A stretch of 64,000 nucleotides of DNA from Thermodesulfobacteriota bacterium (GCA_963675595.2 CAXXLZ010000002.1:1024001-1088000), one strand, 5' to 3'; counted from the first letter of the stretch, positions 42,063 through 52,621 are shown. Notes: generated by a model from the letters alone, not told the origin. Numbers and translations are program-made.

Positions 42063-42704
42063 ATGAGAGCGACCGTGAACAAGAAAGAATCGACCAAGGA
42101 AAAGCTGCTGGAGGCAGGCGCCGAGATCGTCCATCAAAAGGGCTTCCACCACACCGGCATTCAGGAAGTCCTGCAGTCCGCTCGGGTACCCAAAGGATCC
42201 TTCTATTTCTATTTCAAGAGCAAGGAGGACTTCGGCATCCAGTTGGTCGACCACTTCGGGCGACGGTTTCTCGGAATGGTCGGACCGATCCTCCAAGATC
42301 GTCGGCTATCCCCCATGGAGAGAATTGAAGGAATTCTCGACCTATTCATCCGGTTCTTCAGGGACAGGGAATATACCGGCGGCTGCCCGGTGGGCAATCT
42401 TGCCCAGGAAATGGGGGACCTCAGTCCCGCATTCCGAGAAAGACTCGAGCAATCCATCCGTGGAATGTCCCGCCTCTTTGCCGGACTTCTGGAAGAGGCG
42501 CGTGAGGCCGGTGAAGCGGCCGCGGATCTGGACGTGGAAAGAGCGGGTCGCTTGATCGTAGCCGGCTGGCACGGGGCACTGATTCATATGAAGATATGTA
42601 AGGGGCCTCAACCGTTGGAGGATCACAAGCGATTCGTTTGTGAGGCGTTTTTTAAGTCGAGGGAGCAAACCATCGACGGTCGGGGTCGAGAAGGGTCTTT
42701 CTGA
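42063..42704 (+). CDS. TetR-family regulator, NemR-like
   Basis: KGFHHTGIQEVL...VPKGSFYFYFKSKE; GGCPVGNLAQE. Confidence 0.9.
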   Translation: MRATVNKKESTKEKLLEAGAEIVHQKGFHHTGIQEVLQSARVPKGSFYFYFKSKEDFGIQLVDHFGRRFLGMVGPILQDRRLSPMERIEGILDLFIRFFRDREYTGGCPVGNLAQEMGDLSPAFRERLEQSIRGMSRLFAGLLEEAREAGEAAADLDVERAGRLIVAGWHGALIHMKICKGPQPLEDHKRFVCEAFFKSREQTIDGRGREGSF

Positions 42705-42827
42705 TTGAGGAGCTTCCGCACCGGTCTGTCCGGGAACCCATGACCCAGGATCATCCAACGGCGTTTGCGGGAGTACCCGACTCCTCGACCATTCCACACC
42801 CGCAAATCGACAAGAGGAGGAAGTACC

Positions 42828-43346
42828 ATGTTCATCCTGAATCACGTTATGCCGGAAGAAGCCACGGGAAAAGTCGCAGAGGCCTATTCGGTCTTCCCCA
42901 AACAGGTTCCCGTCGCCGAGCCCCTTATCCTCATGAGCGCCAGCCCGGATCTCGCTCTGGCCCAGAGCGGGATCATCCGCCATTTCGTAACTCACGACCA
43001 ACTCGACCTGGGATTGCTGGCCATGATCCGTTATCTCGCGGCCCACGAATTGGACTACACCTTCTGTGCCCGGTTCAACGCCGACCTGCTCAAACGTGCC
43101 GGGGGCCTTTCCGATGAGGAACTGGATAGTCTGAGAACACACCCGGAAAACGCGCCTTTGGAGGAGCCTCAAAAGGCTCTGCTCCTTTTCGTTCTCAAGG
43201 TGATACGCAGTCCCCAAGAGGTGACGGCGGAAGATGTGGACCAGCTCAGAAAGTTGGGCTGGACGGACCAGGCAATCTTTGACGCGTCCTATCACGGAGC
43301 GGCCATGTCCGGTCCCGCCACTTTGTACAAGGCCTTCCGAAAATAA
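42828..43346 (+). CDS. AhpD/carboxymuconolactone decarboxylase-like protein
   Basis: PEEATGKVAEAY, YTFC, DVDQLRKLGWTDQAI; GAGGAGG RBS. Confidence 0.75.
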   Translation: MFILNHVMPEEATGKVAEAYSVFPKQVPVAEPLILMSASPDLALAQSGIIRHFVTHDQLDLGLLAMIRYLAAHELDYTFCARFNADLLKRAGGLSDEELDSLRTHPENAPLEEPQKALLLFVLKVIRSPQEVTAEDVDQLRKLGWTDQAIFDASYHGAAMSGPATLYKAFRK

Positions 43347-43416
43347 CGCCGCCGACGGTCATAAGAAATGCGCGCACACAAGCGCCCTTCAAGCCGTTGA
43401 CGACGGACGAGGAAAA

Positions 43417-43445
43417 CCGGGAATCCGCCTGAGACGGGTTCCCGG
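43417..43445. terminator. Hairpin between the convergent AhpD-like and catalase genes
   Basis: CCGGGAATCCG-N7-CGGGTTCCCGG. Confidence 0.55.
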
Positions 43446-43467
43446 ACGATTCAGTTCACGCCGCCCA

Positions 43468-44979
43468 CTATGCCATGGTGGCCTTCACCCGTTCTTCCTG
43501 AGACATGGCCGCCAACCGTTCCGCTTCTCCGGCGTCCAGGCCCAATCCCTGCGCCACGCGACGACCCAAGTCCTCGTCCGCCTTGAAGAACAGGGCGGTT
43601 TGCCTGAGCTGGATGCGCTTCTGCGCGTTGCCCAGATGGTCCACGATGTTCCCCACGAGGTGGTCTTTGGCTTCGTCCGTCATGACCTTGCGATACAGGT
43701 TTCCGGGCTGGACGAAGTCGTCGTTGGGGAAATTGAACGGGTAACGATCCGCGGGCCCGTTCAAATCAATGGGAGGTTCTCCGGCGGTCGGATCGGGTGC
43801 CGGGCCGCCGAAGCTGTTGGGCCAGTAGTTGGGGCCATTTCCCCCGTTGGCATCCGTCCGCATGAACGCATCCCGCTGATAGCCGGTCTCCGGAGCGTTC
43901 TTAGGGGCATTTACGGGGATCAAATGGTAGTTGGGTCCCAATCTGTGGATGTGCGTGTCATGATAGGAGAATACACGGGCCTGAAGCATCTTGTCCGGTG
44001 AGATCGCAATGCCGGGCACGACGTTTCCGGGACAGAAAGCGGCTTGCTCCACCTCGGCGAAGTAGTTCACCGGGTTGCAGTTGAGCACCAGCTTGCCCAC
44101 TTTAATGGGCGGCACCTCGCTGTGGGGCCACACCTTGGTGATGTCGAAGATATCCCATTGAAAGTCCCGGGCCTGCTCCGACGTCAGAATCTGCATCTCA
44201 AGGGTCCAGGAAGGGTACTCACCCCGTTCGATGGCCTGATACAGATCCCGAGTCGCATGGTCCGGATCATCACTCTTCATGCGGTCGGCTTCCTGCCTGG
44301 TAAGGTTCTTGATTCCCTGGTCCGTTTTGAAGTGGTACTGGACCCAGAAGTACTCACCTTTGTCATTGTACCACTTGTACGTGTGGCTGCTGTATCCGTT
44401 CATGTTTCTGAAAGTTGCCGGCGTACCCCTGTCCGAAAACAGAATCATGACTTGGTGAATCGATTCGGGAGTAAGCGACAAGAAGTCCCAGAACATGTCG
44501 GCATCCGGGAGGTTCGTGGCGGGATGACGCTTCTGGGTATGAATGAAATCCGGGAACTTGAGCGGGTCGCGGATGAAAAACACCGGAGTGTTGTTCCCCA
44601 CGAAATCGTAATTCCCTTCCTCCGTGTACATTTTGACGGCAAACCCTCTGGGATCTCGCGCAGCGTCGGCCGACCCCTTCTCACCACCCACGGTGGAAAA
44701 TCTAGCGAAAACGTCCGTTCGCTTCCCGATCTCCGACAGGAATTCGGCTTTGGTGTACCTGGTAACATCCGCAGTCACCTCAAAATAGCCGTAAGCTCCC
44801 GCACCCTTGGCATGCACCACGCGCTCGGGTATGCGCTCCCGGTCGAAGTGTCCGAGCTTTTCCAGCAGGTGGACGTCCTGCATGAGGATGGGTCCGCGTT
44901 CTCCTGCGGTGAAGCTGTTGAGGTCGTCGGCCACGGGAATCCCGAACGCCGTGGTCATGGCGCCTTTCTTTTTTTCCAT
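43468..44979 (-). CDS. katA: Monofunctional heme catalase
   Basis: FDRERIPERVVHAKG, RFSTV, VGNNTPVFF, RVFSYHDTH. Confidence 0.97.
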   Translation of the reverse strand: MEKKKGAMTTAFGIPVADDLNSFTAGERGPILMQDVHLLEKLGHFDRERIPERVVHAKGAGAYGYFEVTADVTRYTKAEFLSEIGKRTDVFARFSTVGGEKGSADAARDPRGFAVKMYTEEGNYDFVGNNTPVFFIRDPLKFPDFIHTQKRHPATNLPDADMFWDFLSLTPESIHQVMILFSDRGTPATFRNMNGYSSHTYKWYNDKGEYFWVQYHFKTDQGIKNLTRQEADRMKSDDPDHATRDLYQAIERGEYPSWTLEMQILTSEQARDFQWDIFDITKVWPHSEVPPIKVGKLVLNCNPVNYFAEVEQAAFCPGNVVPGIAISPDKMLQARVFSYHDTHIHRLGPNYHLIPVNAPKNAPETGYQRDAFMRTDANGGNGPNYWPNSFGGPAPDPTAGEPPIDLNGPADRYPFNFPNDDFVQPGNLYRKVMTDEAKDHLVGNIVDHLGNAQKRIQLRQTALFFKADEDLGRRVAQGLGLDAGEAERLAAMSQEERVKATMA

Positions 44980-45094
44980 GTAGTGGCTCCTTTTTCGTCT
45001 GTGATGTTTACTTACACCTGTCGAGATGCCTCGGGGGCCTACCCCTCGCTCTCCCCGGGTTCCCGGCAGGCCAATAACTACAACTCTTATCTAT

Positions 45095-45109
45095 AAATAA
45101 CTATTCTCC
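45095..45109 (-). promoter_or_regulatory. Putative PerR/Fur box upstream of katA
   Basis: Minus strand GGAGAATAGTTATTT in an AT-rich patch; matches the site upstream of the perR-like gene. Confidence 0.5.
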
Positions 45110-45176
45110 TTATGTGCCCAAAAAAAATCCCGGCAATTCGATAGACCACGATCTACAGAGTACGACGTGATCGGAC

Positions 45177-45644
45177 TTAACGGGATTCACGCAGGTCGCG
45201 TTGGCTCTTCCGCCGGCATTCAGGACAAATTCCGAAGAAATCCAACCGATGGCTCTCAATGAGGAAACCCGTCTTTCTCGACGCTTCCTCGGTGATTTGG
45301 TCCAAACTGGTCAGTTCCGGATCCATAATTTTTTTGCAGCGCGTACAGATCATGTGGGGATGGGGAAACGGTTTACTTCCATCGTATCGGTTCCCGCCTT
45401 CGGAGAATCCCAGTTCCAACACTTCGCCTAGTTCCTTGAGCAAGGTCAGCGTCTTGTACACCGTAGCCAGGCTTGTGGTTGGAAAGTCCCTCTTCACCTT
45501 CTCGTAGATGGTTTCCACACCGGGATGTTCATTCCCTGAAGCGAGGATTTTAAGCACCGCCAATCTCTGGGGCGTAATCCGGAAATCCCGCTCCCTGAGC
45601 TTGGAGAGCATCTGCTCGAATCTTTTCTGTGAGTATTCCACCAC
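45177..45644 (-). CDS. perR: Fur-family regulator, PerR-like
   Basis: RITPQR, HP, SLATVYKTL, HPHMICTRC, GICPEC; adjacent to catalase; start uncertain. Confidence 0.8.
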   Translation of the reverse strand: MVEYSQKRFEQMLSKLRERDFRITPQRLAVLKILASGNEHPGVETIYEKVKRDFPTTSLATVYKTLTLLKELGEVLELGFSEGGNRYDGSKPFPHPHMICTRCKKIMDPELTSLDQITEEASRKTGFLIESHRLDFFGICPECRRKSQRDLRESR

Positions 45645-45714
45645 GTTCCACCCAACGAAAAGGAATGCCGGCGACGCGCTTGCAGCGCCGCCAAGCGACC
45701 TACCCGCCCCCTTC

Positions 45715-45729
45715 GGAGAATCATTATTA
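45715..45729 (+). promoter_or_regulatory. Putative PerR/Fur autoregulatory box
   Basis: GGAGAATCATTATTA, a 7-1-7 Fur-type motif. Confidence 0.55.
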
Positions 45730-45921
45730 TTAGAGAATAACACCCATTCCATCAAAGATCAAGCAGTTCTATGCTGTGTTCACAACCGAGACATTCGATC
45801 GATCCTCGCTCCTATGCGTCCTCAAGGCTCAAAAAGCCGCTTGAATTTCCATCAAGATACTCTTCCGTTATACTCGTGGAATGCTTATGTTGATGTGGAT
45901 GTCGAGGATAGAAAGTGAACA

Positions 45922-48102
45922 ATGAATATGGGTCTTCTGAACAGCTTCATCGAGCGCTGGTCGCTTCTTGAAAGGAAACTGCTTCCCTCCTACGTCTGGA
46001 ATGCCGATCCCCTCACTTTCTGGCGGGAACGAATCCTGTTTGTGATCTGCTTCACCGCCGCCCTTCTGGGCCCCATCGCTCTCGTCCCTTCCACCGCATT
46101 GGCGATTCACGAACGTCTTTGGGGTGTCTGCATATTGGATATCGTCTCGTACCTGATGGTCGTGGCGCTCCTTTTCGCTCGAAATCTACCGCTGCGGCTG
46201 CGCACCGGCACGGCGTGTCTCGTTCTGTACACCCTGGGCATCTGGATTCTATTCGCTCTCGGCCCTTCCGGAGCCGGATATATCTGGCTGTTCGGAGCGT
46301 CGGTAATCGTCGGCTCTTTCATGGGACTGCACGCCTCGGTCTTCGCATTGATTCTCAATGCTCTCGTCCTCGCCGCAGTCGCCGTTTTCATTTATTATGG
46401 TTCACCCGAATGGACGGCTCACGTACAAAACCCATTGCAGAAGTGGGCTGTTATGGCGGTTAACTTTCTGCTTATCAATTCAGTGGTTACAATAACAACC
46501 GCTTTGATGCTCAACGGTCTGAGAACCGCTCTTGTCAAGGAGCAGAATACAAGTGTAAGTTTACAGGAAAGTGAAATCAGATATCAGCTTCTTGCAGAGA
46601 ATACCTATGACGTCATTTGGTTAATGGATATGGAGTTGATGTTTACCTATGTCAATCCGGCCATCCGTACCATCATGGGATACGATCCCATGGAGTGGAT
46701 CGGATCAAGACTGTCCGACTACTGCCGGGAGTCATGTACAGTAAAGATTCAGAGTCACTTGGATAGACTACTTCAAAAGAACACCGGAAAGGAGAAATCC
46801 ATTGTTGAAGTAAATATGAAGAATCGTGACGGTAATGATGTGACTCTTGAAGTATCTCAAAGTTTAATATTTGACCATTCCTCTCGACCCGTGGCCATAC
46901 AAGGCGTTGCGCGCGATGTCACGGAAAGGAAGTTATTCGAGGCTCGACTTCGGCAGGCTCAGAAAATGGAGGCCGTCGGCACACTGGCGGGAGGCATAGC
47001 CCATGACTTCAATAACATCTTGTTTCCCGTCATGGGAATGGCTGAATTGCTGCTCCAGGACGTCCCCAAGCACAGCGTGGCTTACGAGAACGCCAAAGAA
47101 ATTTTGATTGCGGGGAGAAGGGGAACCGATCTAGTGCGGCAGATCCTGGCGTTCAGCCGCCGATCCGAACATAAAAAAGGAGTCGTCAGGCTTCAACCTT
47201 TGTTGGACGAGGTCCTCAGACTGGCGAGATCGACCATTCCCACGAACATTGAAATCAACCGCCGGATCGACGATCATTGCGGTCCCGTCTTAGCGAATCC
47301 GACCCAGGTGCACCAGATCGTCATGAACCTTCTGACCAACGCCTACCATGCCGTGGAGAAGACCGGAGGGAACATATGGGTGTACCTGAGGGCAGTACTT
47401 GTGGGCGCGAACGAACTTCCCGACAGTTCGCTCAGACCGGGGAGATGCGCGCTTTTAACGATTTCAGACACGGGATGCGGGATCAAGCCCGAGGTGATGA
47501 GCAAGATATTCGAGCCCTATTTCACGACCAAGGAGCAAGGCAAAGGAACGGGACTCGGTCTTGCCGTCGCTTACGGCATCGTCAAGGAATACGGCGGAGA
47601 CATTAAAGTCTACAGCGAGTTGGGCCAAGGAACTTCTTTCAATATCTACCTGCCTTTGAGCGATGAATCCCCGGAAACCGCCGAAGAAGAGAAGCACGAG
47701 CAATTTGAAGTCGGCAACGAACGCATATTGCTGGTGGATGATGAAGAGGTGATCGTCAGTCTCGAGACCCAAATGCTTGAGCGGCTCGGTTACATCGTGA
47801 CCCCGCATTCGAACAGCCTGGACGCCTTGGAAGATTTCAAGATCAGCCCTGAATCTTTCGATTTGGTGATCACCGATATGTCCATGCCGAACATGACCGG
47901 GGCGCAATTCGCGAAAAAAATCATTTCCATACGCCCCGACGTACCCGTGATTATCTGTTCAGGATACAGTGAGGCCATCAACCACGAAAAAGCCGATGAG
48001 ATGGGCATAAGCGGCTTTCTCATGAAGCCGATAATCATCTCGGAAATGGCCAAAACGGTGAGAGGCACGATTGATGAAGCCAAGACGAAGCGGGCGGGAT
48101 GA
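45922..48102 (+). CDS. Hybrid sensor kinase (multi-TM, PAS, HisKA, HATPase, REC)
   Basis: LAGGIAHDFNN, NAYHA, YFTTK, GTGLGL, VITDMSMP. Confidence 0.93.
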   Translation: MNMGLLNSFIERWSLLERKLLPSYVWNADPLTFWRERILFVICFTAALLGPIALVPSTALAIHERLWGVCILDIVSYLMVVALLFARNLPLRLRTGTACLVLYTLGIWILFALGPSGAGYIWLFGASVIVGSFMGLHASVFALILNALVLAAVAVFIYYGSPEWTAHVQNPLQKWAVMAVNFLLINSVVTITTALMLNGLRTALVKEQNTSVSLQESEIRYQLLAENTYDVIWLMDMELMFTYVNPAIRTIMGYDPMEWIGSRLSDYCRESCTVKIQSHLDRLLQKNTGKEKSIVEVNMKNRDGNDVTLEVSQSLIFDHSSRPVAIQGVARDVTERKLFEARLRQAQKMEAVGTLAGGIAHDFNNILFPVMGMAELLLQDVPKHSVAYENAKEILIAGRRGTDLVRQILAFSRRSEHKKGVVRLQPLLDEVLRLARSTIPTNIEINRRIDDHCGPVLANPTQVHQIVMNLLTNAYHAVEKTGGNIWVYLRAVLVGANELPDSSLRPGRCALLTISDTGCGIKPEVMSKIFEPYFTTKEQGKGTGLGLAVAYGIVKEYGGDIKVYSELGQGTSFNIYLPLSDESPETAEEEKHEQFEVGNERILLVDDEEVIVSLETQMLERLGYIVTPHSNSLDALEDFKISPESFDLVITDMSMPNMTGAQFAKKIISIRPDVPVIICSGYSEAINHEKADEMGISGFLMKPIIISEMAKTVRGTIDEAKTKRAG

Positions 48103-48204
48103 AGCTGAGAGACCGTCGGACGAATTGCCGTTTCAGGAGGATTTTAGCATGGGAACGCCTTCATCGTCTTTTCTCACGAAACCCGACGTTCCTCTCGGGT
48201 GGGA

Positions 48205-48236
48205 GTCCGAGGGAAACACCGACGTTTCCCTCGGAC
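48205..48236. terminator. Perfect 13-bp hairpin between convergent genes
   Basis: GTCCGAGGGAAAC-ACCGAC-GTTTCCCTCGGAC. Confidence 0.65.
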
Positions 48237-48264
48237 GTTTAAGATTCCCAGATGAATCGGAGGA

Positions 48265-49422
48265 TCAAAGCGTACTAGCAACCACGATTTTCTGAATCTG
48301 ACTGGTTCCTTCGTAAATCTGCGTGATTTTCGCGTCACGCATCATCCGCTCCACCGGGTACTCCTTGATATAGCCGTAACCGCCGAGAAGTTGTACCGCA
48401 TCCGTGGTGACCTTCATGGCCGTTTCCGCGGCGAACAGTTTGGCAATGGCGGAGCACCGGACGACGTCCTTGGGCAGCTTGTCGAGGTTCTTGGGCAATT
48501 CCTGGTAGACACCTGCGGCATTATAGGTCAATTGTCGGGCCGCTTCGGTCTGCGTGGTCATGTCGGCCAGCATCCACTGGATCCCCTGATTCGCGAAGAT
48601 CGGTTGTCCAAACTGCCGGCGATCCCGGGTATACTGGAGGGCGTAATCGATTGCCCCTTGGGCGACGCCCAAGGCCTGAGCCGCGACGGGAATACGGGTG
48701 AAGTCCAGCGTCTTCATCAGGATGTGAAAGCCTTTCCCTTCTCCCGCCAGTAGATTGGCCGCCGGTACGCGAACATCCTCGAAGATCAACTCCACCGTGG
48801 TCGAGGCCCTCAGGCCCATCTTGTTTTCGTGTTTTCCCACGCTGAGTCCGGGCGAATCCTTGTCCACAATAAACATGCTTGTTCCCTTATGGCCGGGAAC
48901 CGAGGTATCCGTCTTGGCAGCCACGGTGAGTACATTGGCCACGTTGCCGTGGGATATGAATATCTTGCTGCCGTTGAGCACATAGTGGTCGCCGTCTTTG
49001 ACCGCTTTGGTTCTCAACCCCGCCACGTCGGAACCCGCGTTTGGTTCGGTAAGGGCGAAGGCCGCCAGAGTTTCCCCCTCGGCCAAACCGGGCAAATACC
49101 GTTTCTTCTGCTCATCGGAACCCGCAAGCAGGATGGGCATGGCGCCGAGCTCATGAACCAGCAGCATGCACGCAGTGGAAGCGCACACCTTGGCCAGCTC
49201 CTCAATGGCCATGCACAAAGCCAGCATTCCCATGGCCGATCCGCCGTATTCCTCGGGAAAATCCGCGCCGAACAGTGCGTTCTCTTTCAGGATACCGGCC
49301 ATTTCCCAGGAGAACTCCGCTTCCTCGTCTCGTTTCTCCGCACCGGGAGCTACCTGCTCTTTAGCGATTCGAGCAACCGTCTCTTTCAACATCAAATGTT
49401 CTTCGGTAATTTCATATGCCAT
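48265..49422 (-). CDS. Acyl-CoA dehydrogenase
   Basis: FALTEPNAGSD, NGSKIFISHG, GGYGYIKEYPVERMMRDAKITQIYEGT. Confidence 0.95.
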   Translation of the reverse strand: MAYEITEEHLMLKETVARIAKEQVAPGAEKRDEEAEFSWEMAGILKENALFGADFPEEYGGSAMGMLALCMAIEELAKVCASTACMLLVHELGAMPILLAGSDEQKKRYLPGLAEGETLAAFALTEPNAGSDVAGLRTKAVKDGDHYVLNGSKIFISHGNVANVLTVAAKTDTSVPGHKGTSMFIVDKDSPGLSVGKHENKMGLRASTTVELIFEDVRVPAANLLAGEGKGFHILMKTLDFTRIPVAAQALGVAQGAIDYALQYTRDRRQFGQPIFANQGIQWMLADMTTQTEAARQLTYNAAGVYQELPKNLDKLPKDVVRCSAIAKLFAAETAMKVTTDAVQLLGGYGYIKEYPVERMMRDAKITQIYEGTSQIQKIVVASTL

Positions 49423-49452
49423 GTTGCCGCTCCTTTTGTTGTCGAGAAGTTC

Positions 49453-50130
49453 TCAATGCCCGTCCACTTGCCTTCGGTTGGGCCGTCTTATCGCATCGAT
49501 AAGCAAGGGGGAAATCTCCTTGTTCAGTTTATCGATGTCCACCTCTTTTTGAAAAATGACATAAGGTAGGATGGCGTGTTCCACACCGCCGAGAAGCATC
49601 TGTCGCATTCTCGTGGGAGGAACATCGTCCCGGATTTCTCGGGATTTGATTCCTTCTTCCAAGATACTGAGGTACCTGTCTCCGTATTGACGAATCAGAG
49701 CATACGCTTCGCTGTCGAAATAGTCCTGAAAATTTCTCACTTCCAGGAGCAGAATCCGGGCGAACACCCGGTTGTTGTTATACAAGGCCAGGAGTCCGTA
49801 AATCATGGCCCTGATCTTGTTCAATGCGCCTTCGGCCTCATCTAAAGACTTGTAGATGTTCGTACCGTAGTTCTTCAGGTATTCCGCCAGAAGAGAATAC
49901 AACAACCCCTTCCTGGTCTTGAAATACTGATAGATCAGTGCTTCGGAAACTCCGGCGGTGACCGCGATTTCCCGCCATGTGATCTCCTGGAACCCCTTTT
50001 CCATCAGAAGAGTCTTCAAAGCATCCAGGATTTTGACATAGCCGGCTGGGTCTCCGCCGCTTTTGGGCCGCCCGCGCTTTCGCGGCCTGTTTTCAGTTCT
50101 TCGCGTCATGGTTCCTTTGGTTTGAGGCAT
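49453..50130 (-). CDS. TetR-family regulator (FadR-like context)
   Basis: IAVTAGVSEALIYQYFKTR; co-oriented directly upstream of the acyl-CoA dehydrogenase. Confidence 0.88.
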   Translation of the reverse strand: MPQTKGTMTRRTENRPRKRGRPKSGGDPAGYVKILDALKTLLMEKGFQEITWREIAVTAGVSEALIYQYFKTRKGLLYSLLAEYLKNYGTNIYKSLDEAEGALNKIRAMIYGLLALYNNNRVFARILLLEVRNFQDYFDSEAYALIRQYGDRYLSILEEGIKSREIRDDVPPTRMRQMLLGGVEHAILPYVIFQKEVDIDKLNKEISPLLIDAIRRPNRRQVDGH

Positions 50131-50346
50131 AACACTTCCTATTTAACTAAGTATAACCTACTTATAGCCAGGACGTCTGTCAATCGGATTTGCTTCCATG
50201 GAACACCGAGGGACCATTCGGAGAGCTGCATTTTAGGCGGCATACCCTCGCTCCTGCGACCCACCGTTGCGTAGTCGTTATGAAAACCGGTCCCCTGCAC
50301 ATCGGGAGCCGGGGAAATAAGCTTATCGCGAGGAGCGCGGAAAGTC

Positions 50347-51270
50347 TCAAGCCTCCTCCGAACCGCAAGTTCGCCTCCCCTCCATCAATGAGGCCAAGTA
50401 CTCATCCCCGTCAAAAAAAAGTCTCTCCTTCACTCGTTCCAGTTCCAGTATCCTCGGTTGATCAACCATATGGCCCACAAACGAAGAAAAGCAAGCTCGT
50501 AGGGCCAATCTCAGCGACAGCGGAAGAGCGGCACGATACACCGGGGCCGCGGCGGTCATGAACCGCAGGTAGGTCCGCGATCCCCGCATAGAGCCCTTTG
50601 CAGCGGGTCCGGCTGAAAAGACCCCTCTACCTAAATGAAAAATCATGTCGTCGAAAATATTGGCGCACATGCCCTGCAGCGTCTCATCACCGCATGTCCG
50701 CCGCATGGAGTACCAAGACCGCCCTTCACAGTAAGCCGCAAATCCGTACCCGATGCCGGAGTGTTCTATCGGGTTGTGCCGTTCCATGTACCGCGAGTAT
50801 TCCGGACTGCGGCACTCCGCTTCGGACAGCCGAAGCGTCGGTCGGTGTTGCAGGTGGAAGTCTCTGCCGAAAAAAAGGCATGCCGTGTTGATCCGTTCAA
50901 TGGTGGCCATTACACGGGACTCGGAAAGTTTGTCGGCCAATGCCTCCGCCCAGCCCGGACGCACGGGAAAGGAATCGACATGCATGGTCACGATATGAGT
51001 GGCGCCGTCGGCGACCGCGATCTCCACCAGCCGATCCAGGTAATAAGCATGCTCTTCGGCGCCGCGCAGGTCCGTCTCCGGAACCTCACAGATATTCACT
51101 CGGGGGTATCCGGAAAGATATTCTCGGAACCGAGGCGCCAGACGGTTCACACCGCCGTAGATGACGTAAGGAACCTCCGTATGCCTCTCAATACGGCCTA
51201 AATGCAGATCCACCATGTTCAGGTATCGGTCGTCGGCAAAAAGATAGACAACGACAATGCCCAGCTTCAT
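50347..51270 (-). CDS. Hypothetical protein, possible GT-A glycosyltransferase-like
   Basis: N-terminal beta strand LGIVVVY, DxD-like HVDSFP; overlaps the stop of the upstream gene. Confidence 0.5.
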   Translation of the reverse strand: MKLGIVVVYLFADDRYLNMVDLHLGRIERHTEVPYVIYGGVNRLAPRFREYLSGYPRVNICEVPETDLRGAEEHAYYLDRLVEIAVADGATHIVTMHVDSFPVRPGWAEALADKLSESRVMATIERINTACLFFGRDFHLQHRPTLRLSEAECRSPEYSRYMERHNPIEHSGIGYGFAAYCEGRSWYSMRRTCGDETLQGMCANIFDDMIFHLGRGVFSAGPAAKGSMRGSRTYLRFMTAAAPVYRAALPLSLRLALRACFSSFVGHMVDQPRILELERVKERLFFDGDEYLASLMEGRRTCGSEEA

Positions 51271-52589
51271 CGGCGGGTTTCCCGAGATGCGATCAAAGAT
51301 TCGGCGAACAGCTTGAAGTCGAAACGGTCCCTGTCGTAGCTGACATCGGTCGTAGTGATCTTTTCATCTTTTCGGATATCACGGACCAAAGCCACACCAT
51401 CCGCCAGACAGATCGGCAGGCCGAGGTCTTCATGATCTTCGGGACAATTCTCCACCATGCCGTAACAAGTGAACCCACCAATGCCGTCCAAAACTTCGCC
51501 TTTGGCGAGATCCCTTTTGGCGTAGGCATAAACATTGGCTTTGAAGCCGAAATCCGGTTTCAACACGGAACGCCCGTCCAATACCGCCGTGGCCACGGTG
51601 GCCATGGATTCCATATGAGCCAGATGATAGGGCCGGTGGAACAGGTAGAAGGGTCCGGAACCCATTTCGGGGGGAATCCAGGCAAAGGTATCCCGCTGGT
51701 GCTTCTCATCGTTGAATCCAACGGCAAAAACTCCGCCTTTAGGCACGGCGCCCAATACATAATCCGCAATCGGCCGCCTGTCCTCCCAAAGAGCCTCAAA
51801 GTCGAAATGATCGAAGACCTCGATGATGTGATTCATCCTTGGGCCCATCATTCCCGGTACCGTGACCCGTAAATTGAGCCCATTGGCCAAAACGGCCATT
51901 TCCACGCCCAGTTTGCTGCCGTCCGTATAAGAAGTACACATCCGATAGTCGAGGTTGCGTTTATCCGCCTCGGGGACAATGGAAGCGGGATCGGCATACC
52001 GGTCCAGAAAGCCTTTGATATTGCCTGCCATAACCAATTCAAACCCCATGAACTCCATTTCTTCGACGAGGTGTTTGATCACGGCGGGCTGGTCTCCGTC
52101 GCAGACCGTGTAGACGAGCCCATTCTCTTCGGCCAAGCGCATAAGGTATGAGCCGAACATGAGGTCCGCCTCGTAATTCATCATGATCGCATGTTTATTG
52201 TTGTGAAGGGCCGTTATGGCCAACCGTCCTCCATCGGCCACCGAATTGGTGCTCTCGATAAACACGTCCACAGAGGAGCAACGCGCCAACGGCTCACCAT
52301 CCTCACACACGGCGAGTTTGCCCTGACGGATCACGTCGTGCATTTGTTCCGGATTATCAACGATTCGATAGTCCCGCTTGAGATACTCCGCCCAAGACAC
52401 GGCTCGTTCCAGGATGACGTCGGCAATGGCCACACACTCCATCCCGGGGGTTAGTTGCGCCTGGAGGGCCAACCCTCTGCCGATGGAGCCGATGCCTGCG
52501 ATGCCCACTTTGATCTTGGTATCCAGTTGTTTCAGTCTTTCCAACAAACCTGTCACACTCTTGCTCCTTTGGAGTTCGATGAGATGCAA
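51267..52589 (-). CDS. NAD(P)-dependent oxidoreductase (homoserine dehydrogenase-like) with C-terminal SAF domain
   Basis: GIGSIGRG, DGDQP, DGSKLGVEM, RPYHL, AKRDLAKGEVLDGIGG. Confidence 0.85.
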   Translation of the reverse strand: MHLIELQRSKSVTGLLERLKQLDTKIKVGIAGIGSIGRGLALQAQLTPGMECVAIADVILERAVSWAEYLKRDYRIVDNPEQMHDVIRQGKLAVCEDGEPLARCSSVDVFIESTNSVADGGRLAITALHNNKHAIMMNYEADLMFGSYLMRLAEENGLVYTVCDGDQPAVIKHLVEEMEFMGFELVMAGNIKGFLDRYADPASIVPEADKRNLDYRMCTSYTDGSKLGVEMAVLANGLNLRVTVPGMMGPRMNHIIEVFDHFDFEALWEDRRPIADYVLGAVPKGGVFAVGFNDEKHQRDTFAWIPPEMGSGPFYLFHRPYHLAHMESMATVATAVLDGRSVLKPDFGFKANVYAYAKRDLAKGEVLDGIGGFTCYGMVENCPEDHEDLGLPICLADGVALVRDIRKDEKITTTDVSYDRDRFDFKLFAESLIASRETRR

Positions 52590-52621
52590 CCCGACCTGAT
52601 ATCGTGTCTATTGATCCTTAT

